A stretch of 40,000 nt of DNA, taken from the sequence record MF459646.1; one strand, 5' to 3'. Shown here one piece after another: positions 9,797 through 18,355 of this stretch. A program made the position numbers and the translations under genes. The DNA is from Erwinia phage vB_EamM_RisingSun. Position 1 is the first letter of the stretch, and each line of letters opens with the position of its first letter. Under the pieces are notes generated by a model that made no database searches, was not told the DNA's origin, and saw nothing but the letters and a program-made list of their open reading frames with translations.

Positions 9797-10431
9797 TTTT
9801 TGTTTATTTTTTTGTATGTGTATCTTATACGGAGAATAATTACCTGAGTAGTTTGACTGCGAAAAGTTTCGGGTTCGCTCTGCAGCTGAATGTCAACAGC
9901 CAACACCTCAAACAAAATTTTCGTTATCATCATTTTAAACGGATTTAGTCGCCACCACCGGGGAAGCCTGGGATTATCCGGTTAAACTACTCACATAATT
10001 CTTTTTAGTGTATGTTATACACAACCGAACTGAAGCACCATAGCAATCTGGACTCGTCGCCTAGAGCTGCGTTTGACTTTTTCTTTAAACCATGGCCTGG
10101 CTTGTTGAGTAACCAACGGCAGACTTTGGGTTGTCTTGTTCAGTCTATTGTGCTTCACCCCTTTACCGTTTTCAGCGCCTGATGTGATTCCAGAGTCGGG
10201 TTCCTGCTTTTGTTGAAAACGGTCCTTCTTGCCGGTGCTCTCTGCACTCACGGTGAAATCTCCATTTACCACGCCCCCTGATTAGGGTTTCGGAGAGTAC
10301 TGGCAAACCTTTCCTCGGTATGTCGTTTACATGTCTGCGCTTAACCTTTGTGAGAGCGCGGGGCGCATGATTCGGCAACCCTGGTTACGAGCACTTTATA
10401 TCTTTCTGCTCACAATCCCTCCCTCAGGCAC

Positions 10432-10695
10432 ATGGCCGGGAAACGGAGGGTCCATCTGATGTGCAACGGAGACGGGTCTGTTGAACTTGCGCGAAAAGAT
10501 ACGGGCTGCCTTTTAATGTGTAATCCCTCAAAGCGAATGTGGGAGATAGCATCCAGACCCAAAGGCGGTCAAGTTGTTAAAACAAGTAGCCCGAGAATGA
10601 GAGGGCGAACGGAGTATGCAGCCTGTTGGCTAGCTCGGGAATTGAGTCGACCGATACCCGAATTGGCCAATGGAGTGTTTACTTTCAGACGGTGA
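10432..10695 (+). CDS. Weak candidate small protein (87 aa)
   Basis: ATG with caggcac upstream; lies in an otherwise gene-poor segment that ends in a strong hairpin. Confidence 0.3.
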   Translation: MAGKRRVHLMCNGDGSVELARKDTGCLLMCNPSKRMWEIASRPKGGQVVKTSSPRMRGRTEYAACWLARELSRPIPELANGVFTFRR

Positions 10696-10766
10696 CACTA
10701 GTGGAAGCATCAGTCGGTGATGCAACTGCAGCGGAAAACAGACAAAGCTTATTTTTCTATCCTTTA

Positions 10767-10799
10767 GTTACTCTTGGCCTAGGCCAAGAGTAACATTTT
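10767..10799. terminator. Terminator/strong palindrome
   Basis: gttactcttggcctaggccaagagtaac, perfect 28-nt palindrome followed by attttt. Confidence 0.8.
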
Positions 10800-10869
10800 T
10801 CTATGTTTGCTATTTTTATTTTTTCACTGATTGGTTAAGTATATTAGCGGGACCCTAAAGATTTTTACC

Positions 10870-10890
10870 TCTATATTACCAGGGTGTATA
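10870..10890 (+). promoter_or_regulatory. Putative phage promoter upstream of the tubulin-like gene
   Basis: tctatattaccagggtgtata, match to the recurring motif. Confidence 0.7.
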
Positions 10891-10928
10891 GGCAACTGCA
10901 ATTAATCCATTTAATCAAGGAGAAGTAC

Positions 10929-11894
10929 ATGTCTGAATTACAATACTACCTGTGTGGCGGCGCTGGCATCTCTATCGGTGTGGCTCTGAAACAACAGACC
11001 AACACGGCGGCTAACCGCACAGCTAAGATGGTCGGCATCGACAGCTCTGACCGCAACGACTCTGACGGCCTCTTCCCGGTAGTACGTATGGAAGGCACGC
11101 GCGGTTCTGGTAAAGTGAAATCCACCAACGCCGAACCGATGAAACCGTTCCTGGCAGAAGTGCTGACCCAACACAAACCGGCCAGCTTCAACATCATCGT
11201 CTGTAACGCCGCTGGCGGTACCGGTTCCCTGATGGCAACCTACCTGCTTCAGAAACTCGTCGCTGCAGGTAAAGTGGTATTCCTCTGCCTGGCATCTGAC
11301 GAGACCAGTCAGAAAGAGTTCGAGAACGTCATCTCCACCAAACGTTCTTTCGCTGCCCAGACTGAGAAAAACCAACTCGACGTGCCGGTTCCGTATCTGG
11401 ACATTGTTCAGACGCCGGACATGACCCGTGGTGATGCAAACCGCCGTATCGTTAACCAGCTCGATCTGTTGAGCCTGTTCGCAACTGAAACCAATGAAGA
11501 AGTGGATTATCAAGACATCTTGTCTATGGTCCGCTACTCCAAAACCTGTAACGTTGCGCCGGCGCTGAGCAAAATCACTTTCCACGATCAGGAAACGGCC
11601 CGCTCCTATACCGGTAAAGTTCCGGTAGCAGTGTGCTCGCTGTTTGATAACCGCGACGCGGTAGCGCCGTTGTTTGAAGGTTGCGTATACCGTGCAACCG
11701 GTGTGTTCAACAAATCCAACAACCCACCGGCTGATCTGAAAGAGATTCACATGGTCTTTGACCACGGTGAAGCAATCGACGAGCTGAAGGAGCGCATGGA
11801 ATTGCTGAACGACCGCAAAATCGTAACAGCCAACAAGTACTCTGAAGTTGACAAAGTCAGCGACGGTGCCGACGATTCCGGCGTGTTCTACTAA
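10929..11894 (+). CDS. phuZ: PhuZ-like phage tubulin/FtsZ-fold GTPase
   Basis: T1-like GGAGISIG near the N-terminus; tubulin signature-like CNAAGGTGSLMAT (GGGTGS/G variant); ~321 aa; acidic C-terminal tail DKVSDGADDSGVFY. Start ATG 10929 rather than track 10884. Confidence 0.88.
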   Translation: MSELQYYLCGGAGISIGVALKQQTNTAANRTAKMVGIDSSDRNDSDGLFPVVRMEGTRGSGKVKSTNAEPMKPFLAEVLTQHKPASFNIIVCNAAGGTGSLMATYLLQKLVAAGKVVFLCLASDETSQKEFENVISTKRSFAAQTEKNQLDVPVPYLDIVQTPDMTRGDANRRIVNQLDLLSLFATETNEEVDYQDILSMVRYSKTCNVAPALSKITFHDQETARSYTGKVPVAVCSLFDNRDAVAPLFEGCVYRATGVFNKSNNPPADLKEIHMVFDHGEAIDELKERMELLNDRKIVTANKYSEVDKVSDGADDSGVFY

Positions 11895-11910
11895 TCATTA
11901 AATCTTACTG

Positions 11911-11936
11911 CCCTCTCTCCTATATAGGAGAGAGGG
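11911..11936. terminator. Terminator-like palindrome
   Basis: ccctctctcctatataggagagaggg, perfect palindrome, flanked by cttac...gtaag. Confidence 0.7.
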
Positions 11937-11969
11937 TAAGTTCACTTAGTTTTAAAAAGGGGTGTTATC

Positions 11970-12260
11970 GTGTCTAAGCGCTTCTCTATTAATTTAAAAT
12001 CACTTAGCATACCCCAACCTACAGACGGTACGCAAGTCTTCTCAGAAGACCTCTCAGGCATGAGTATCTTATGTCTTGTTTTGTCACAGTTGGGGTTCCG
12101 CATAGTCCCGCTAGCTACCATCGTCGAAGGAGTAGATGAAAGGTACATCAATGAGTTGTATAATTTGATCGTCCCGAACGTAATTGGAATACCGTCTGGT
12201 GCAGCCGCTGAGGTTATCCCCATTAATTTTAACAATTATTTAATTCAGTTCACCTACTGA
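11970..12260 (+). CDS. Hypothetical protein, 96 aa
   Basis: First ORF of a densely packed run of small ORFs. Confidence 0.7.
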   Translation: MSKRFSINLKSLSIPQPTDGTQVFSEDLSGMSILCLVLSQLGFRIVPLATIVEGVDERYINELYNLIVPNVIGIPSGAAAEVIPINFNNYLIQFTY

Positions 12261-12269
12261 GGACGACTC

Positions 12270-12755
12270 ATGTATCCCGTAGATATAGTCAATTTAGCCA
12301 AGATGTTACGTACAGGCTCTGTAGAGGCTTCCCTGGATGCCGTTTGCATTTATGCCGAGCGCGCCATGGAACACGTTGTGGAACTTGTCAACCTGAACGA
12401 TCCGCTTCAGGAGAACATCTTAATTGACGATTTGATAATGATGTACGAGGTGATTCTCCCCGGCATCGATACTGTCAGCATCATCAAAGATTATGTTACC
12501 GACGTCCGCGAAGCGATGAAACGCAATTACTGGGATCCGCGGTGTAAGGTTAAGCTTATCAAACAACGTTTGAACAAGCGGTACTACCGTGTACATATCG
12601 TTATGGATTTAGAGTTGACGGCAGCCAATCTGTACAACAGCGTGGTGGACTCATCTGTTCCGGTTCACCTGGAAGACGTCGTCGATGATAATCCGAGTCC
12701 GGAGTTATTGGCCCAATATGAACAGAAATATACCGACCACAAATCCGACGAGTGA
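12270..12755 (+). CDS. Hypothetical protein, 161 aa
   Basis: Starts 10 nt after previous stop; helical. Confidence 0.8.
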   Translation: MYPVDIVNLAKMLRTGSVEASLDAVCIYAERAMEHVVELVNLNDPLQENILIDDLIMMYEVILPGIDTVSIIKDYVTDVREAMKRNYWDPRCKVKLIKQRLNKRYYRVHIVMDLELTAANLYNSVVDSSVPVHLEDVVDDNPSPELLAQYEQKYTDHKSDE

Positions 12756-13251
12756 AGAACAGCCGGTACTGAATCAGTTCATTTTCCCGTTACGTCCTTT
12801 GCAACAATATTTGTTAGAAGAACTACCACGGCGCAATATTAATAAAGAGAACATCGGTAACCAAATGGTACCGTTAATGGGGGCCGTCATTCAAGAAACA
12901 GTGGATGACTTTGGTGTCCGCGGCATTAGCTTAGATGAAGAACGGTTTACAACCCGTCGGTTATCCGGCATGTATTTAATGTACGATGACCGCATGGACC
13001 TTGTTGATGAGTGTCAACGGATGTTACACGCCGGTGTCTATGGCATGTCAGAGTTTACCTACTTTGAATACCCATGGTATTACCGTTTGTTGAACCTCGA
13101 CTACCTCCTCTTAAAAATAGATAAGCGAGACCTCGTATGCCCACCCCCATCCGAAACCCTAATCAAGCCAACCGATACACCATCACCGTCCAACATTATC
13201 TCCAGCAGTGGGACGCTCAACTTATCTCACATGCTGAAAACGTTGGATTAG
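12718..13251 (+). CDS. Hypothetical protein, ~177 aa
   Basis: Start could be 12685 or ATG 12718; overlaps previous ORF. Confidence 0.7.
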   Translation: MNRNIPTTNPTSEEQPVLNQFIFPLRPLQQYLLEELPRRNINKENIGNQMVPLMGAVIQETVDDFGVRGISLDEERFTTRRLSGMYLMYDDRMDLVDECQRMLHAGVYGMSEFTYFEYPWYYRLLNLDYLLLKIDKRDLVCPPPSETLIKPTDTPSPSNIISSSGTLNLSHMLKTLD

Positions 13252-13481
13252 GCAATGCGTTGCTGGCGGCGTTAGTAGGGTCTGCTATTAATAAACAGGC
13301 GTTTGACCTGGAAACTTGGTTGATTGACATTGGTGTCGATGAAGTTGCCCGTACCTATTTTATCTTGACCCATCAATTGACCGTCGAGCAAATCTTCATG
13401 GATTTGTCAAACTTTGTTGCTGTTCACGCCGTGGTATCGTGGAACATTGTTTCCGGTACACTTATCATGGAGGTTATATGA
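13137..13481 (+). CDS. Hypothetical protein, 114 aa
   Basis: Continues the packed run; ends in an ATGA overlap with the next start. Start uncertain because of the long overlap with the previous ORF. Confidence 0.65.
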   Translation: MPTPIRNPNQANRYTITVQHYLQQWDAQLISHAENVGLGNALLAALVGSAINKQAFDLETWLIDIGVDEVARTYFILTHQLTVEQIFMDLSNFVAVHAVVSWNIVSGTLIMEVI

Positions 13482-13822
13482 ATACTGTTCCTCACCGTCT
13501 GATGAAAACGCACCACATCAAAATCCCGCCCAGCACCGACGTGCAGAATCTGTTGGGATGTTATAACAACCTCTTTATTGCTCGCGGAATTACATCGTGC
13601 ATTCCGTTCACGAGCCAGGGGGACTTTACACATCCTATTCCAGAAAGTTACCAGCAATTGCTTAACGACTTCATGCAGATGAACACCACCCTTAACGGTC
13701 TGGCGATGTCATTTGAAGCAATTCAAGTAGACGACGTTAAAGTTCATCCCCAGGGCATGATGGCAACTTTCTTTTTCTCGATGCAGGAAAAGCAAGACAA
13801 TGTCATATTTATTAACCAATAG
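13478..13822 (+). CDS. Hypothetical protein, 114 aa
   Basis: ATGA overlap (start 13478, previous stop 13481); ggaggttatATG. Confidence 0.8.
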   Translation: MNTVPHRLMKTHHIKIPPSTDVQNLLGCYNNLFIARGITSCIPFTSQGDFTHPIPESYQQLLNDFMQMNTTLNGLAMSFEAIQVDDVKVHPQGMMATFFFSMQEKQDNVIFINQ

Positions 13823-14174
13823 CCGGCCGCTGGATGTAGCACTTTACCTGCTGTATCGCGACCACCCCGATACGCCGCCAGAGCTGTTGTCAGAAAGCTG
13901 GTTATTTGATGCGTTGGACAATCACTTCCAGCGGTTATTTAATCCCTACTACGGCAATGACCCCGACGACGACCACGAACTCACGGCAGACAATATCTTT
14001 CAGGATCCGGATGAGACGTTGACAAAGATGCTATTAGGAGAGGTAAACGAAGGCGACGGTAACATTACCTACGCAGAAGTTTCACCGGCTCCTTTTCGTT
14101 TCGTTCACATTGAGGCACAAGCCTTTGTGTTTCCGTGTATCTTTGTTGACATCTATGGAGCTTTCCGACCATGA
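13800..14174 (+). CDS. Hypothetical acidic protein, 124 aa
   Basis: Overlapping start; acidic central segment NDPDDDHELTADNIFQDPDE. Confidence 0.75.
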   Translation: MSYLLTNSRPLDVALYLLYRDHPDTPPELLSESWLFDALDNHFQRLFNPYYGNDPDDDHELTADNIFQDPDETLTKMLLGEVNEGDGNITYAEVSPAPFRFVHIEAQAFVFPCIFVDIYGAFRP

Positions 14175-14581
14175 TCAATCCGAACATTGGAGATATTGTT
14201 GATTTCCAATTGGTTCAGAGTGGGATTTACGGTGACAAGCGCGTGGAGGTTAAAATAACCGGCTTGCTGGATTATAACACCGCGCGCTTAATCGACCCGC
14301 AACTGAACAACAAACACACTGCCCTGTTCCCTTACTTCCGTGAGAGTGTAGGTAACGTAAATGACCCTGCTGCGTATCAGTACATGGCAGTCACGAACTC
14401 TGCCGGCACCACAGAGATGGTGGGTCTGCCTTGGGTACTGGAAGCGACTTTTAAAGCCGTTACCTCACGTACTGCCACCTATGTCATCCAGAACTTCCGC
14501 GAAGAGTTCCGGGCTCCTATTCAGCGTTTCCTCGCTGACCTGGGAGCGGTGTACACCATGGTCACCAACGACAAACAATAA
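14171..14581 (+). CDS. Hypothetical protein, 136 aa
   Basis: ATGA overlap with previous gene. Confidence 0.8.
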   Translation: MINPNIGDIVDFQLVQSGIYGDKRVEVKITGLLDYNTARLIDPQLNNKHTALFPYFRESVGNVNDPAAYQYMAVTNSAGTTEMVGLPWVLEATFKAVTSRTATYVIQNFREEFRAPIQRFLADLGAVYTMVTNDKQ

Positions 14582-14588
14582 AACCTTA

Positions 14589-14618
14589 CTACTCTTCCTA
14601 TTAATGTAGGAAGAGTAG
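14589..14618. terminator. Intergenic hairpin
   Basis: ctactcttccta-ttaatg-taggaagagtag, perfect 12-bp stem; T-rich tract ~14 nt downstream. Confidence 0.7.
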
Positions 14619-14661
14619 CTAACCTCTATTCGCTTTTTATTTTTTCGTAAGGATAACTGAC

Positions 14662-16734
14662 ATGAGTACTGTTTCCCCGTTCAGAGAATCCCAATATACT
14701 GCTGACCGTGATTTAGAGAAACATTATCATAATCAGGCTGCCTTATTGCTCAGTAAAGTTTATAACGTAGACCAAGAGAAACTTAAACCATTGGTACAGG
14801 AAGTGTTTGTACCGAACTACAACGGGTTTAAAGAAGCCAAGATTCAGGTTGTCGAAAAGAACAAATACGGGGACCGTGAACTCACGGTAAAAAGTGCGCG
14901 CCAGTTCTTCAAAGAAGTTCAGGACAATAACTACCATTTATCTCCTTCTTTGGTGGCGTACAAACACTCGGACGAAGAACAATCTGTTAACTCAATTGGT
15001 ACTGAAGAGTTTCTGAAAGCACGTAAGCACTTTAAAGGTAAACGTCAGGAAGCGAAAGCCGCCGGGGACAAAGTTGCGGAACGTGCCTTTAACCAAATTC
15101 AGAATGCGTTAAAAATCTTCAACAACGCCCAGTCTGGTGCAATGTCATCAAACGGGACACCGCTGAACAATAAATCGGGTCACACGACACTAACCTCTAC
15201 CTGTCGTGTATTGACTTCCACAGCCAACATTTGTAATGAACGTTTGTTAACCGGTAACCGGTTGTTCTTGAACTACGAACGAACGATGGAAAACTTCTTG
15301 TCGTTGTTAACTGCCACCGACTTGAAGCGCGTACAAGCAGTTATGGATACGTTGGGCATGATCCATGCCACCACCGAGCAGGTGATGGACATGGTACGTC
15401 GTTGTGCGCACTATTACTGGAGTGACCGTAAGCGCATGGCCATGCTGCAAGAATTCGTTGATCGTCTCACACCGGTTGAACGTACCGTAATTCTGTGTGT
15501 GATGGACCTCAACGGTCTGATGACCACCAACCAGAAAACCCTAACGGCGTTCCTGGATGACTGGTGTCAAGTCCCGACCATTCCAGCAGATGCGAAAGCC
15601 GAAGACTTTGTAGCGCCGGCTAACACCGACTACTACATTCTGGCAATTACCAAGCTGGGTGAGAAACCAAGCAAGCTGGCCATTAACCACCTGAACTCGT
15701 ACCACCTGACGGTTGAAGAGAAATGGAAAGACTTTATTGAAGTGTTCATGAAGTCGAAGATTCCGCCGTCTGGTATCTACAGCATCAAAGAGATGATTCG
15801 CGAATCCGTATTGACTTCGGATACTGACTCTTCTATCTATACTGTGGACAACCTGATCGACAAGTACACGCAAGACCTCAACGTTGCACTGCGACTGAAC
15901 GGGGTACTGACGTACTTTGTGCGTATGATTGCCGTACATCAACACGCGCAGTTTAGTAAGAACATGAACGTGGCTGAGAAGAACCTGTATCGTCTCAACA
16001 TGAAGAACGAATACCTGTTCGGCTCTTACGTAACCACGCTGATGTCCAAGCACTACTTTGCCACACAGATGATGGTAGAAGGTGTACTGAACAAAGAGAT
16101 CGAAATGGAAATCAAAGGGGTTCACTTGCGATCGTCGAAAGTGGCACTGGAAATCAAAGAGTTTGCGCACAAGTTAATGCGTGACATCTTGGATGCAGTG
16201 TACGAGAAGCGGCAGTTGGATGCACCGGCGATTTTACATCAGGTGGGAAATCTGGAACGTCAAATTATTCAGGATATCGAAAGCGGCAGCCCGGTGTGGT
16301 TAACGCGTGCGACTATTAAGGACAAGGCGGTTTACTCCAACCCAGACTCCAGCATCTACTATTACCACGAACTGTGGGAAGCAGTGTTTGCTGAGAAGTA
16401 CGGGAAGGCTCCTGAGATTCCGTATACGGCGATTAAAATCAACACCAATACGGATTCCAAAAGTCGTTTCAACGAGTACCTGGAAACGATTAAGGACGCT
16501 CAGTTGCGTGAACGCATGAAGACCTTTGTGGAAGGCAAAGATAAACTGACCACGTTCTATCTGCCGATGGAAATGGTGAGCAGCATTGGTGGGATACCGA
16601 AAGAGATGATTGCGGGTGCAGACATTCGTTCTATCATCAACCAGAACCTCAAGTCTGTGTATGCGGTTTTGGAGACAACAGGTATCTATCTGTTAAACGA
16701 CAAAATCACGAGGCTGGTATCGGATGAGCACTAA
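14662..16734 (+). CDS. Family-B DNA polymerase, C-terminal fragment (split polymerase)
   Basis: NYHLSPSLVAYKH; motif-B-like QNALKIFNNAQSGAM (K-xxx-NSxYG variant); motif C SDTDSSIY; KxY/KG-like EIKGVHLRSS. No motif A (DxxSLYPS). Confidence 0.8.
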   Translation: MSTVSPFRESQYTADRDLEKHYHNQAALLLSKVYNVDQEKLKPLVQEVFVPNYNGFKEAKIQVVEKNKYGDRELTVKSARQFFKEVQDNNYHLSPSLVAYKHSDEEQSVNSIGTEEFLKARKHFKGKRQEAKAAGDKVAERAFNQIQNALKIFNNAQSGAMSSNGTPLNNKSGHTTLTSTCRVLTSTANICNERLLTGNRLFLNYERTMENFLSLLTATDLKRVQAVMDTLGMIHATTEQVMDMVRRCAHYYWSDRKRMAMLQEFVDRLTPVERTVILCVMDLNGLMTTNQKTLTAFLDDWCQVPTIPADAKAEDFVAPANTDYYILAITKLGEKPSKLAINHLNSYHLTVEEKWKDFIEVFMKSKIPPSGIYSIKEMIRESVLTSDTDSSIYTVDNLIDKYTQDLNVALRLNGVLTYFVRMIAVHQHAQFSKNMNVAEKNLYRLNMKNEYLFGSYVTTLMSKHYFATQMMVEGVLNKEIEMEIKGVHLRSSKVALEIKEFAHKLMRDILDAVYEKRQLDAPAILHQVGNLERQIIQDIESGSPVWLTRATIKDKAVYSNPDSSIYYYHELWEAVFAEKYGKAPEIPYTAIKINTNTDSKSRFNEYLETIKDAQLRERMKTFVEGKDKLTTFYLPMEMVSSIGGIPKEMIAGADIRSIINQNLKSVYAVLETTGIYLLNDKITRLVSDEH

Positions 16735-16954
16735 TCCTGACCTTACCGTAACGGTGCACCCGGCAGAAATTTGGGGACCACGTTGGCGGGGAGTGGAGGC
16801 CATGATCAAGGTCTGGGCAGAAACTTGCCTGCCAGAAAGAACCACAGTTCAGACCCCAGAAACCACTCATTGGGACATGAACATCTACCAGCCGCCTTTC
16901 GACAGCGTGGTAGAAAAAGTGCGTCGTCACCCTAATCCACAATACCGTAAATAA
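16724..16954 (+). CDS. Small hypothetical protein, 76 aa
   Basis: ATG overlaps the end of the polymerase gene; same strand. Confidence 0.6.
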   Translation: MSTNPDLTVTVHPAEIWGPRWRGVEAMIKVWAETCLPERTTVQTPETTHWDMNIYQPPFDSVVEKVRRHPNPQYRK

Positions 16955-16970
16955 GCTATATTCTATGTAA

Positions 16971-16998
16971 AGAGCCCAGGGGAATTCCCCTGGGTCTC
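16971..16998. terminator. Bidirectional terminator between convergent genes
   Basis: Perfect palindrome cccaggggaattcccctggg (16975-16994), flanked by agag/tctc. Confidence 0.75.
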
Positions 16999-17014
16999 TC
17001 TTAAGAGGATCACG

Positions 17015-18253
17015 TTAGCTCATGTTGATTTTGTTCAATGCCTGCACTTTTAAGGCCAGCTCGGTCAAGTGACCTTTAACCGCCTTGTCGGTTATCCGTT
17101 GATAGTTGTTAATCATCTTCGGTACCGCAATGGCAATTTGTGTATTGATGTCCCCAGCCTTATAGGACAGCTCATTGGCAATGGTCAGGTACAAGGCAAA
17201 CAGCTTTAAGGTTCGTGGTTCGTACACCCAACGGGTTTGAGCAAACATCTTAATACGGTCGCTCTCCCGGAGGAAGTCGAAATACGGTACCGCATAGAGG
17301 CTGCTAATCTGTGCCAGCAAATGCCCAAGGTTGTCTAATCGACGTCCTTTAATCGCACGCACCAACCAACCCATGTAGTCAGTTAACCGTTTGCGAACAT
17401 CCGTGGTAATAAAGGTTACGTCTTCGGGATTCATTAAGTCTCCGTACGGCCTTTCATTTACTACGTGTTCATATAAGGTATTGACCACGTTCATCTGATT
17501 GTGAATCAACTGAGCATTGACCAGCGGGTATTTTACCAGATAGGCATGAATACCGGTATCGACCTCACGCAGCTGACGCATGTAGTACCACCATCCTACA
17601 GCCAGCTCTACCACATCAATCCCAATAAAGGCAATTCCGCCAGTGCCGTGAAAGGTCTTGTGACCAATACGTTCAATGCTGGGTTTGTAACTGTGAAAGT
17701 TTACTGTGCTGTACATCGGTATAACGGGACACAGGTGCTCGATGCGAGTCAGCTCTTCGTCGTAGGTTTTGTTGTTGTCCAGTAAGAACAATACTTCTTT
17801 AACGCCGTTGCCGTAGAACACATCGCTCTGTGGTTCACCGAGATGTTGGATGTTGGTAATTTTAAACAGCGTACTTAATGTATATGCGCGGAAACGTGCA
17901 TAGGTCACCACATACTCCAGTGACCAGTCCGGACTGATTGCTAACTGCTGTAACAACCCCACTAACACATGTTGGTTAGGCAAGTTGTAGTTCACCATCG
18001 CAACACGTTGCATCAAAGCGCGTCGGTTGAATTCGGTATCCCTGATTAAATTGTTAAGCGGTCCATAGTTTAATAAAGGATATTTGAATTGGGTGAATGA
18101 AGGTAAAGAGAGAGTGTTCATTAATTTTTTACCTGCATCATCTATTATATGTAAATAATCACTCGGGCACAACCCGGGGAATGGGACCAGAACGTTTTTT
18201 GGCTTTCTATACGATTGCCGGTCGGCGAAAGTCCGTTGCCTAAAAATTTTCAA
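17015..18253 (-). CDS. Hypothetical phage protein, 412 aa from TTG or ~367 aa from ATG at 18118
   Basis: Long minus-strand ORF; MNTLSLPSFTQF start has upstream gcaggt. Confidence 0.82.
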   Translation of the reverse strand: MKIFRQRTFADRQSYRKPKNVLVPFPGLCPSDYLHIIDDAGKKLMNTLSLPSFTQFKYPLLNYGPLNNLIRDTEFNRRALMQRVAMVNYNLPNQHVLVGLLQQLAISPDWSLEYVVTYARFRAYTLSTLFKITNIQHLGEPQSDVFYGNGVKEVLFLLDNNKTYDEELTRIEHLCPVIPMYSTVNFHSYKPSIERIGHKTFHGTGGIAFIGIDVVELAVGWWYYMRQLREVDTGIHAYLVKYPLVNAQLIHNQMNVVNTLYEHVVNERPYGDLMNPEDVTFITTDVRKRLTDYMGWLVRAIKGRRLDNLGHLLAQISSLYAVPYFDFLRESDRIKMFAQTRWVYEPRTLKLFALYLTIANELSYKAGDINTQIAIAVPKMINNYQRITDKAVKGHLTELALKVQALNKINMS

Positions 18254-18256
18254 CCC

Positions 18257-18279
18257 TGTATTATTAACGTGAATGGATA
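18257..18279 (+). promoter_or_regulatory. Putative phage promoter for the shell gene
   Basis: cctgtattattaacgtgaatgga; matches the recurring motif, ~80 nt upstream of ATG 18356. Confidence 0.65.
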
Positions 18280-18355
18280 TAAAGAAATCATATCTTTTAT
18301 CCTCGCTTAAGCTAATAAACGTTTATTACCTAACATCCGTAAATGGAGAATAAGA

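Noticed and set aside
9611-9847. 78-aa + ORF with hydrophobic C-terminus that could look like a membrane protein
   Set aside because: Runs through a clear terminator hairpin and T-tract (9756-9796); the Phe/Leu-rich part is a translation of the T-tract.
10015-10378. Two overlapping minus-strand ORFs (85 and 68 aa)
   Set aside because: Basic, low-information sequences with no motif or clear start context; insufficient to call genes, so the interval is reported only as unexplained.
10884-10928. Upstream in-frame extension of the tubulin-like ORF
   Set aside because: Overlaps the promoter-like motif and precedes a well-placed aaggagaagtac ATG at 10929.
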